From an uncultured bacterium (lineage in GTDB: Bacteria; Krumholzibacteriota; Krumholzibacteriia; JACNKJ01), in the NCBI GenBank assembly GCA_963695095.1, contig CAVOFT010000001.1, positions 1,312,001-1,376,000 of the forward strand: 64,000 nt of DNA. The letters are read 5' to 3'. Below, piece by piece: positions 35,705 to 45,416 of the stretch. Position 1 is the first letter of the stretch. Every line of letters begins with the position of its first letter. A model generated the notes under the pieces. That model was not told the DNA's origin, ran no database searches, and saw only the letters and a program-made list of their open reading frames with translations. Position numbers and translations under genes: made by a program.

Positions 35705-36364
35705 ATGGCCTGCAGCATCGGTCCCATCCACCAGTGGATCTTCGAACAGGCGCGCCGCGCCGAAGCGCGCGGCGAGCAACTCGCGGCCGCGCTGGCCGCA
35801 GCCGGGCAGCCGGGCGCGGCGGCCGCCTGGGCCGAGGCCTGGGCGCAGCATCCGGAAGCGCTGGGCAGCCAGCCCCTGGAGCGCTTCATCGGCGAGGGCG
35901 CCGTTCACACCGGCCTGGAAGGCCTGGTGGCGGCCGTCTGCGCGCGCGAGGCGGCGCTGTACCGCTTCGCCCTCGCCGCGGGTCCGGAGGCGATGGCCCT
36001 GTTCGCCGCGGCTCTGCGCGCCGACGGCCGCGAGCTCGGCGCGGCTGCAAGCAGGAACGGCGCCGCCGAGGACGCGCGCAGCCTCTTCGCCAGCCTGCGC
36101 GAGCACTGGCTCGAAGGCATGCCCTGTCACGTCGAGATCGAACTCGAGGTGGACGAGCCCGTCGAGGTCGCCTGGCGCCGGCGGGGGCAGCCGCTTGCCG
36201 CCTACTGGGGGCTCCCCGCGGAGGCGGCGGCGGGGCTGGCGACCCTGCACCTCGAGTGGATGGCTGCCTTCGTCGCCGCGGCCGGCGGCCGGCGCCTGGA
36301 GGCCAGGCCCTGGCCCGCCGGCGGCGAGGGGGGCCTCGCCCTGCGCATCCTGCCCGGCGACTGA
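35705..36364 (+). CDS. Uncharacterised protein with GPIH-x-W, H-x-x-L and LEGMPC motifs
   Basis: AGGAG RBS; GC3-rich frame; recalls anaerobe hypotheticals beginning MS-x-FLG-x-IH-x-W and containing GMPC (from memory, unverified). Confidence 0.78.
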   Translation: MACSIGPIHQWIFEQARRAEARGEQLAAALAAAGQPGAAAAWAEAWAQHPEALGSQPLERFIGEGAVHTGLEGLVAAVCAREAALYRFALAAGPEAMALFAAALRADGRELGAAASRNGAAEDARSLFASLREHWLEGMPCHVEIELEVDEPVEVAWRRRGQPLAAYWGLPAEAAAGLATLHLEWMAAFVAAAGGRRLEARPWPAGGEGGLALRILPGD

Positions 36365-36373
36365 GTGCTTGCC

Positions 36374-36403
36374 TTGACGGGTCCGCAGGCGGCCTCCTAT
36401 ACT
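36374..36403 (+). promoter_or_regulatory. Sigma70-like promoter
   Basis: TTGACG-18 nt-TATACT upstream of the M6-like gene. Confidence 0.65.
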
Positions 36404-36456
36404 CCCCGCGCCTGCCCAGCCCTACTCCCGTCGCCAGGTGGTTGTCTTTGCGCGCC

Positions 36457-39400
36457 TTGCACCGACGCCTGCCCCCTGCCTGCACACTGCTCACTCTGCT
36501 GGCCGCCTTGCTCCTGGCCGCCCCGGGGCGTCTGTGCGCCGGCCCCGTGCCGGCCCCTGTCCTGACCGGCTACTCCGCGGCCCCGGCCCCGCCCAGCCGC
36601 GCCCTCGGCGAGCGCCAGCGCGCTCGGCTGGAGGCCCTGCTCGCCGGCGCACCGGCAGCGCGCGAGCGGGCCACGCTGCGCTGGCTGGGCATTCTCGTCG
36701 CCTTCACCGACCGCGGCTTTCCGGAGAGCTATGCCGAGGACTTCGATCCCCTGAACGTGCTGGGCTACCCCGACTCCGTGGTGGTCACGCCCCGCGCCGC
36801 GTGGTTCGCCAATACGCTGGCCCGCGCCGCCGACTACTACGCCACGGTATCCGCCGGGCGCGTCGAGGTGCTGCCGACCCTGGCCGACGGCGTCCTCACG
36901 CTCAGCGGCAGCATGGCTCACTACGGCGACGACAGTGCGCTGAGCTGGGAAGAGGGCGCGCGGCGCCTGGCCGCCGAGGTGGTGGACTCGTTGGACGCCG
37001 CCCTCGATTTCTCCGCCTACGACCTGGTCACCTTCATCCACGCGGGGCCGGGCCAGGAGTCCGATCTCCTGCGCAACTCCACCGATCAGCTCTGGAGCGG
37101 CTACCTCGACTTCGCCTCCCTGAGCGAGGCCTTCGCCGACTCCCTGCCCGAGGCCCCCGTCGAGGGCTGGCCGGGCATCCCCACCGACGACGGCGGCTTC
37201 GTGCTCGAGCGCTTCAGCATCGCGCCCGAGCTGGAAGTGGAAGAGCAGCTGACGCCGCCCTACGTCCTGGGCACCCTGGGCGTCTACGCGCACCAGCTCG
37301 GCAGCTACCTGGGCCTGGTCAGCCTCAACGACCTCGTCGAGCCGCGCGGGCAGGGGGCGGGCAATTTCGATCTCATGAGCAGCGGCCTCTGGAATGCGCT
37401 GGGCTTCGTGCCGGGCCCGCCCTCGGCCTTCAATCGCCGCCTGCTCGGCTGGGCCGAGGCGGACACGATCAGCCAGACGGCAGCTTCCGGCAGCGGCCTG
37501 GAGTGCACCCTGGCGAGCTGGGAGCAGGGCGCGACGGGCACGCTGCTGATCGCGCCCATCTCCGAGCGCGAGTACTTCCTGATCGAGAACCGCAACCAGG
37601 ATGCCGACGGCAGCGACAGCTTCAGCTTCGCCGATGCCAACGGCAATCACCTGCCCGACAACGCCGAGTCCCTCCTGGGCGCCGAGTTCGACTACTTCAC
37701 GACCCAGTACAACGCGAGCGACCAGACGCCGGGCAGCGGCCTCTTCGTCTGGCGCATCGACGAGGAGTTCGTCCGCCTCACCTTCGAGCTCGATTTCAAC
37801 CTGATCAACGCCTACAACGATCACTACGGCGTGGCGCTGCTCGAAGCGGACGGCTATCCGGACCTGGCCACCTTCAGCTTCGACGAGAACGCCTACGGCG
37901 GCGACTACGACGCCTTCCGGGCCGCCGGCGGGCCGAACGCGCTCATCGCCACGCAGACGGCGATCGACGAGGCGAGCCTGCCCTCCACGCGCAGCGCCGA
38001 AGGCGCCGACACCGGCTGGCGCCTGAGTGCGATCGGCCCCCACGGGCCGACCATGGACTTCACCCTGCGCTGGGAGCAGGGCGGTTGGCCGCGCAGCGAG
38101 CAGCGCCTGGCCGGGCGCCTGCCGCTGGGCGATCCCCTGGTCGCCGAGCTTCTGGCCGACGCGGGCGGCGCGCTCGAGTTCGCCTTCCTCGCCAGGGGCA
38201 CCGAGCTGGCCGCGGATTCGCTCTTCGTCTATGTGCAAGCCGACGCGCCCAGCGGCGAACTGGCAGCGCCCCTGCTCGTCGCCGCGCTGGCCGGCGAGCC
38301 GGCGGGGGCCCTCGCTGCCGGCGACCTCGACGGCGACGCCCTGGCCGAGCTCGTGCTGCTCTGTGCGGACGGCCGCCTCTTCGCCTGGCGCGGCGACGGC
38401 GAGAGCCTGGGCGCTGCGCCTGACGCCCCGATCGCCGCCCTGGGAGCGGCCTCCACGGGTCCCCTGCTGGTCAGCTTGGCGGCCCTGGAGACAGATCTGC
38501 GCCACCGTGCGGGTGAGCAGGCCATTCTGGTGATCGAGGATCTGCCTGACGATGGGAGCCTCGGCTTCAGCCGCTGCCTGCCGCGCTGCTTCCTCGGCAC
38601 GGGGGAGGAACTGGACCTGAGCGGCGAGGGTCTGTCCTGGGGCGAGCCGCTGGCCGGCCTGCCGCTGAGCGATCCGGCACTCTGCCTGCAGGTCCCGCCC
38701 GCCGGGCGCGGCTACGCCCATTCGGAGCCCCTGCTGCCCGGCTTCGCGCTGGTGCTGGCCGACACCGCTGCCGCCACAACCCGCGCCGTGTGGCTGGCAG
38801 CGCCATCCACCCGCGCCGCAGGCTGGCCGGCCCTCGCCGAACTCGAGTTGCCCATGGGCAGCGATCCGGCCGTCCAGCTCGCGGCGGGCGATCTGGACGC
38901 CGACGGTGTGGACGACCTGCTCGTCGAGGCGGGAGGCGGCCTCCGGCTCTGGTTCCCCGCCGGCCGCTATGGCGGCGAGGGCGAAGGCGAAGTTGCCTTC
39001 GCGAGCGACCTCGTCACCGGCGATGCCCTCGCCCTCCTGCCTGCCGCCCTCGCGGGCGACGGGACGCTAGCCGCTCTGGCGGCGGGCGCGGGGCGCCTGG
39101 GCGCCTGCGGGCCGGAGGGTAGCGCCCTCGCCGACTGGGTGCTTTCCCCGTCCCAGACGGAGCCGGATCCCGGCCTCTGGGTGGATCCGGCGCGCTGGCT
39201 GCTGCTCTGGCGCGATGCGGCCGGTCGCGACCAGCCCCTGCTGGCCACCCTGGATGGACGCCTCTTCGTCGGCCGGGCGGATCTGGCCGCGGGCCTCGCC
39301 TCGCAGTTCCCGGGCGGCGATCTCGCAGGCAGCCCGGTGCTGGCCGACCTCGACGGCGACGGCCTCCTCGAACTGCGCGGCCTGAGCGGCTTCACGCCCG

Positions 39401-39849
39401 CCATCGCCAACACGGCGGGCGAGGACACCCTGGTCACGGGCAGTGCCCTGCGCGTCTGGCAGCTCGAGACGGAGCTGGCGGCCGCGGTGGAGCCTCCCTG
39501 GGCTCAGGGCGGTGGCGGCGCCGCGCGGCAGCGGCACCTGGCTGCCGCGGCCGCCCACGCGCCGGGGGCGGCGGGAACCGGCCGCTTGCTGGAGGCCTAC
39601 GCCTACCCGAATCCCGCCACCGATCGCGTGACCTGGCGCCTGCGCAGCTCGGCCCCGGACCGGGTGAGCGTGACGCTCTACGATCTCGAAGGGCAGCAGC
39701 GCCTGCAGATCAGCGGCAGCACGGACGGCTACAGCGCCTGGGAGCGCGAGACCTCGCTTGTCGGTCTCGCGCCGGGCGTGTATTTTTACACCCTACGCGC
39801 CGAGGGCGCAGGCGAGCTGAAGAGCGGCCGCCTGGCCATCCTGCGCTGA
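36457..39849 (+). CDS. Secreted M6 (immune inhibitor A)-like protein with degenerate zinc motif, FG-GAP repeats and T9SS/FlgD-type C-terminal domain; start approximate
   Basis: Signal peptide; ILVAFTD, YY-x-x-VS-x-G, IHAGPGQE, GVYAHQLGSYLGL, FDLMSSG-x-WN, EYFLIENR, GLFVWRID; GDLDGD/GDLDAD/ADLDGD; YAYPNP...PGVYFY...LAILR. The 1402-aa track ORF is over-extended 5'. Confidence 0.82.
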   Translation: MHRRLPPACTLLTLLAALLLAAPGRLCAGPVPAPVLTGYSAAPAPPSRALGERQRARLEALLAGAPAARERATLRWLGILVAFTDRGFPESYAEDFDPLNVLGYPDSVVVTPRAAWFANTLARAADYYATVSAGRVEVLPTLADGVLTLSGSMAHYGDDSALSWEEGARRLAAEVVDSLDAALDFSAYDLVTFIHAGPGQESDLLRNSTDQLWSGYLDFASLSEAFADSLPEAPVEGWPGIPTDDGGFVLERFSIAPELEVEEQLTPPYVLGTLGVYAHQLGSYLGLVSLNDLVEPRGQGAGNFDLMSSGLWNALGFVPGPPSAFNRRLLGWAEADTISQTAASGSGLECTLASWEQGATGTLLIAPISEREYFLIENRNQDADGSDSFSFADANGNHLPDNAESLLGAEFDYFTTQYNASDQTPGSGLFVWRIDEEFVRLTFELDFNLINAYNDHYGVALLEADGYPDLATFSFDENAYGGDYDAFRAAGGPNALIATQTAIDEASLPSTRSAEGADTGWRLSAIGPHGPTMDFTLRWEQGGWPRSEQRLAGRLPLGDPLVAELLADAGGALEFAFLARGTELAADSLFVYVQADAPSGELAAPLLVAALAGEPAGALAAGDLDGDALAELVLLCADGRLFAWRGDGESLGAAPDAPIAALGAASTGPLLVSLAALETDLRHRAGEQAILVIEDLPDDGSLGFSRCLPRCFLGTGEELDLSGEGLSWGEPLAGLPLSDPALCLQVPPAGRGYAHSEPLLPGFALVLADTAAATTRAVWLAAPSTRAAGWPALAELELPMGSDPAVQLAAGDLDADGVDDLLVEAGGGLRLWFPAGRYGGEGEGEVAFASDLVTGDALALLPAALAGDGTLAALAAGAGRLGACGPEGSALADWVLSPSQTEPDPGLWVDPARWLLLWRDAAGRDQPLLATLDGRLFVGRADLAAGLASQFPGGDLAGSPVLADLDGDGLLELRGLSGFTPAIANTAGEDTLVTGSALRVWQLETELAAAVEPPWAQGGGGAARQRHLAAAAAHAPGAAGTGRLLEAYAYPNPATDRVTWRLRSSAPDRVSVTLYDLEGQQRLQISGSTDGYSAWERETSLVGLAPGVYFYTLRAEGAGELKSGRLAILR

Positions 39850-39870
39850 GTGGGAATCGATGGAGGAACA

Positions 39871-40824
39871 ATGCGCGCGCGCACCCTGGCTGCTACCCTG
39901 TTGCTCCTGCTCGTCGCTGCGTCCGCGGCTGCCTATGAACCCGGCACCTCGGGTCTGCTCTTCCTGCGCCTCGGCGTCGGCGAGCGCGCGGCCGGCATGG
40001 GCGAGGCCTACACGGCCCTGGCCGCCGATGCCACGGCCCTCTACTGGAATCCGGCCGGCCTGGCAGCGGTGCCCCGGACGCAGGTGCATCTCATGCACAA
40101 CGAGTGGATCGCCTCGGTGCGCCAGGAGTTCGTGGGACTGGCTCATCCCACCCGCTTGGGTACCTTTGCCCTGGGCCTGACGGGGCTCAGCATGGACGAG
40201 CTCGAGTTGCGCGAGGAAGTGCCCAGCAGCGAGCCGCTCGGCCACTTCTCGGCCTTCGACATCGCCGTGCACGGCGGCTTTGGCCGCGAGCTCGTGCCGG
40301 GCGTGCAGGCGGGGATCGGCCTCAAGTGGATCTACAGCCGCCTCTACGAGGAGAACGCCAAGGGCTTTCTCGTCGATATCGGCCTGCGCCATCAGGCGAA
40401 GATCCCCGGACTGACCCTGGGCGCGGCGCTCCTGCACTTCGGCCCCAAGTTCAAGTACGTCAGCGAGGAGTTCGACGCGCCGCGCACGGTCAAGCTGGGC
40501 GCGGCCTGGCTGGCCCCCGCGCATCCCGCCGGTGGCGACCTGCGCTTCGCCTATGACTTGCTCCTGCTCAGCGACAGCGATACGGCCAGCGATGCCGAGC
40601 TCGGCGAGAGCAAGAGCCTCAATGCCCGCCATCACGTCGGCGCCGAGTTCGACTACCAGGGCCTGGCGGCCCTTCGCCTGGGCTACAAGGCCGGCTACGA
40701 CTCCCAGGGCCTCAGCGTGGGCGCCGGTCTGCACTGGCAGCAGGTGACCTTCGACTACGCCTTCCTGGCCGTGGCGAACGACCTGGGCAGCGCGCATCGG
40801 CTCGGGCTCACCCTCGATCTCTAG
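39871..40824 (+). CDS. PorV/PorQ-family outer-membrane beta-barrel
   Basis: FLRLGVGERAAGMGEAYTALAADATALYWNPAGLA N-terminal signature, alternating barrel strands, LRLGY, FDYAF, H-R-L-G-L C-terminus. Confidence 0.88.
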   Translation: MRARTLAATLLLLLVAASAAAYEPGTSGLLFLRLGVGERAAGMGEAYTALAADATALYWNPAGLAAVPRTQVHLMHNEWIASVRQEFVGLAHPTRLGTFALGLTGLSMDELELREEVPSSEPLGHFSAFDIAVHGGFGRELVPGVQAGIGLKWIYSRLYEENAKGFLVDIGLRHQAKIPGLTLGAALLHFGPKFKYVSEEFDAPRTVKLGAAWLAPAHPAGGDLRFAYDLLLLSDSDTASDAELGESKSLNARHHVGAEFDYQGLAALRLGYKAGYDSQGLSVGAGLHWQQVTFDYAFLAVANDLGSAHRLGLTLDL

Positions 40825-40848
40825 ACCAGCCGGGTCTCGGCAGCGGCC

Positions 40849-41670
40849 TCACTCGGCGCTGCGGCCCTCGCTCGTCGCCTCGGGACGGATGGCGCAGCGG
40901 GCCCTCTGATCCGGGTCGGCGACCGGCTCGACCGGATAGCGGCGGCCGCGATCATCGTGCAGGGCGAGTTCGCCTTCGGCCAGGCGCGCGTAGCTGAAGC
41001 GGCGGATCCAGTCGCCGAGGCAAAGCAGATCCCACTGCCGATAGCGCCAATGAAAGCCCAGGTGCAGGTGCCCGAAGATGAGGGCATCGAAGCGCTCATC
41101 CAGAAGGCGCTTGAGCTGCAAGGGGCGCAGCGCCCGGCCGCGCTCCTGCTCGTAGGCTTCCAGCCTGCGGCTGCCCTGCGAGAGTCGGTCGGCAGCCCAG
41201 AGGGTGAAGTCGGGGTGGAGGAGGCGGGCGGCGGCAACGAAGGCGGGGTTGCGGATGATGGCCTTGAGCGCCAGGTAGCCGCGATCGCCGCTGAGGCTCT
41301 CATCGCCATGGTCCACGCGCAGGCGGCGCCCCTGGTGCTCGGCGATGAGGCCGCCGGGCGCGAGCTGCCAGCCGAACTCGTCGCGGAGGTGGCGACCCAG
41401 CCAGTAATCGTGATTGCCGCCGATCAGGGTGATGCCCGTGCCGGCCAGCGCGAGTTGCCGGAGCGGCATCAGCACATCGGCGAAGCCGGCGGGCATGACC
41501 CGGCGATACTCGAACCAGAAGTCGAAGAGGTCCCCGGCGATGTAGAGGTGCTCGGCGTCCCCGAGCCCCTCGAGGAAGCGGGCGAAGCGGCGGCGTTTCT
41601 CGCGTTCCCGGTCCGAATCCCGCGCGCTGAAGTGCGCATCCGAGACGAAGTAGACGGCGGCTCCGGGCAT
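40849..41670 (-). CDS. lpxH: UDP-2,3-diacylglucosamine diphosphatase (metallophosphoesterase)
   Basis: SDAH, GDLFDFWFEY, GNHD, HGD, GHLH, LGDW. Confidence 0.85.
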   Translation of the reverse strand: MPGAAVYFVSDAHFSARDSDREREKRRRFARFLEGLGDAEHLYIAGDLFDFWFEYRRVMPAGFADVLMPLRQLALAGTGITLIGGNHDYWLGRHLRDEFGWQLAPGGLIAEHQGRRLRVDHGDESLSGDRGYLALKAIIRNPAFVAAARLLHPDFTLWAADRLSQGSRRLEAYEQERGRALRPLQLKRLLDERFDALIFGHLHLGFHWRYRQWDLLCLGDWIRRFSYARLAEGELALHDDRGRRYPVEPVADPDQRARCAIRPEATSEGRSAE

Positions 41671-41820
41671 CGGGCATCTCCAGGACCGGGTTGGAGGCGA
41701 GGCTAGGCCATCGCTGGGCCCGGCCCAAGGAAAAAGCGGGAACTAGCGTAGTGGGTTCGCGTTTGGTCTCCACTTCAGAGCGAGGCAGGGCGGCATCAAC
41801 CCTTGGCCGCCAGGAAGTCA

Positions 41821-41849
41821 TTGCTTCCATCGCCTAACAAGGATAGAAT
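41821..41849 (+). promoter_or_regulatory. Sigma70-like promoter of degP
   Basis: TTGCTT-17 nt-TAGAAT. Confidence 0.55.
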
Positions 41850-41867
41850 TCGGAATAGGGAAGTGCC

Positions 41868-43343
<1,476 letters not shown>

Positions 43344-43418
43344 GGGGGCCACCCGCCCCACGGAACCACCCCTGCTGGAGAGGTTCAGCCGCGCAAGCGG
43401 CGAGCGAAAGGAGCGGCC

Positions 43419-44279
43419 ATGAGAGGCGAGCGCGAACCGATCCGGCACAGCGGCGAACTCAGCTTGGACATCTATCTCAAGCAGATTCACGACATACCGC
43501 TGTTGACACGGGAGGGCGAGGCGGACCTGGCCAGGCGCATCCGCGCCGGCGAGAGGGCGGCACTGGCGAAGCTGGTGGAATCGAATCTGCGCTTCGTCGT
43601 CTCGGTGGCGAAGCAGTACGCCGGCCAGGGGCTCAGCCTCACCGACCTCATCAACGAGGGCAACATCGGACTCATCCGGGCCGCCGAGCGCTTCGACGAG
43701 AAGCGCGGCTTCAAGTTCATCAGCTACGCGGTCTGGTGGGTGCGCCAGGCGATGCTGCAGGCCCTGGCCGAGCAGTCGCGCATCTTTCGCGTGCCGCTGA
43801 ACCGGGCCACCACGCTCTATCGGCTGGGCAAGGTGCAGCAGCGCCTGACCCAGGACCTCGGCCGCGAGCCGACCGTGGAGGAGATCGCCGAGCGCCTGAA
43901 GATCAGCCGCCAGGAGGCGCGCGGCACGCTGGACATCGCGAACGTGCCGCTGTCCATGGACGAGTCCTACGGCGAGGACGAGGAGAATCCTCTGCGCGAC
44001 TACTTGCGCGACGAGGCGGCCGAAACGCCGGATGCCGACACCTACCGGCGTACCCTGAGCGAGGACGTGGAGCGCGTGCTCACCGAGCTGCCGGAGCGGG
44101 AGCGGGCGATCCTCATCTACTACTTCGGGATCGGAGGGCAGGAGCCGGAGACGCTCGAGCGCATCGGCGAGCGCTTCGCCCTCACGCGCGAGCGCATCCG
44201 CCAGATCAAGGAGGAGACGCTCCAGAAACTGCGGGCCTCCCGGCAGGGTCAGGGTCTACGCAGCTACCTCGAGTCCTGA
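43419..44279 (+). CDS. Short RpoD/SigA-family sigma factor (no region 1.1)
   Basis: [39 protein letters not shown]. Confidence 0.93.
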   Translation: MRGEREPIRHSGELSLDIYLKQIHDIPLLTREGEADLARRIRAGERAALAKLVESNLRFVVSVAKQYAGQGLSLTDLINEGNIGLIRAAERFDEKRGFKFISYAVWWVRQAMLQALAEQSRIFRVPLNRATTLYRLGKVQQRLTQDLGREPTVEEIAERLKISRQEARGTLDIANVPLSMDESYGEDEENPLRDYLRDEAAETPDADTYRRTLSEDVERVLTELPERERAILIYYFGIGGQEPETLERIGERFALTRERIRQIKEETLQKLRASRQGQGLRSYLES

Positions 44280-44307
44280 ATTCTAGATCCCGAGCGGACT
44301 TAGGACG

Positions 44308-44344
44308 CGCGAGGGCCGATCGGCCCTCGCGTTTCCTCTTCTTT
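44308..44344 (+). terminator. Probable intrinsic terminator after the sigma gene
   Basis: CGCGAGGGCC-GATC-GGCCCTCGCG stem followed by TTTCCTCTTCTTT. Confidence 0.7.
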
Positions 44345-44398
44345 CCCCATTCGGGAACGAAACATGCATATCTGCACTAGCCCCGCAATCCTTCGGCC

Positions 44399-44427
44399 TT
44401 GACAGCGCCGGTGCGAGCCCCTAGCTT
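44399..44427 (+). promoter_or_regulatory. Sigma70-like promoter of the M23 gene
   Basis: TTGACA-17 nt-TAGCTT. Confidence 0.6.
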
Positions 44428-44458
44428 GGCTCCGTTTTCCCGCGAACCCTCGAGGATC

Positions 44459-45367
44459 ATGGCGAAGAAGAGCAAACGCTACACCCTGGTGCTCATCCGC
44501 GAAACGGAGCACCCCATTCGCCAGTTGCGGCTCAAGGCCTGGCAACTGCGCGCAGCGCTCGGCGCTACCCTCATCTTCCTGTTCGTACTCTTCGTTTTCG
44601 GCACGCAGGGCCTGCTGCGGGGCCGCAACGAATTGGAGCTGCGGGCGGCCAAGGCCGAGAACGCCAGATTGCGGGGCGATATCAAGCGCGTGCATGCGCG
44701 TGTTTCCCGCCTGGAAGGGACGCTGAAGGAGATCGACGAATTCCAGCGCTGGACGCGGACAGTGGCCAAGCTCGAACCCCTCGGCAAGGAAGCCCTGGCC
44801 GGCGGTGTGGGCGGGCCCAGCTCGCTGCGGCCTTCCATTGAGCTGGCCGGCGTCGATCGCCGCCTGGACCGTCTGTCCGGGCGCAGCCAGGTGCTCCGCC
44901 AGAGCGCGGAAAGCGTGCTGAGCGCCATTCGAGAAGATCAGGAACGCCTGCGCGGCATTCCCTCGATCCGGCCCGTGACGGGCGGCCGCATGACCAGTCG
45001 CTTTGGCCGTCGGGTGGATCCCTTCACCGGCCGCGTCGCCCACCACGACGGCATCGACATCTCCGCGCGCTCCGGTACGCCCATCGTGGTCACGGCGGAT
45101 GGCCAGGTCCGCTCGGTGGATTTCTCGAGCACCGGCTACGGCAATGTGCTCATCGTCGACCACGGCAACGGCATCGAGACCCGCTACGCCCACTGCAACC
45201 GCATCCTCGTCGCCCCGGGCCAGAAGGTCGTGCGGGGAGAGGTCGTGGCCACGGTGGGCAGCAGCGGGCATTCGACCGCTCCCCACCTGCATTACGAGGT
45301 TCTCCGTCGCGGCGAGCTGGGCAATCCTGCCCAGTACATCCTCTCCGACGAATTCGTCGTTGACTGA
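44459..45367 (+). CDS. M23 family peptidoglycan endopeptidase (TM, coiled coil, LytM)
   Basis: PSIRP, HDGID (HxxxD), YAH, PHLHYEV. Confidence 0.93.
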   Translation: MAKKSKRYTLVLIRETEHPIRQLRLKAWQLRAALGATLIFLFVLFVFGTQGLLRGRNELELRAAKAENARLRGDIKRVHARVSRLEGTLKEIDEFQRWTRTVAKLEPLGKEALAGGVGGPSSLRPSIELAGVDRRLDRLSGRSQVLRQSAESVLSAIREDQERLRGIPSIRPVTGGRMTSRFGRRVDPFTGRVAHHDGIDISARSGTPIVVTADGQVRSVDFSSTGYGNVLIVDHGNGIETRYAHCNRILVAPGQKVVRGEVVATVGSSGHSTAPHLHYEVLRRGELGNPAQYILSDEFVVD

Positions 45368-45416
45368 TCTCGTTCTCTCCGGCTAACTCTCTGGCGCGCC
45401 ACACGATGGAGCCGCC

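Noticed and set aside
35641..39849. 1402-aa ORF as a single giant protein
   Set aside because: The first ~270 codons are Arg/Pro-rich shadow of 35705-36364; a promoter and signal peptide begin near 36374-36460.
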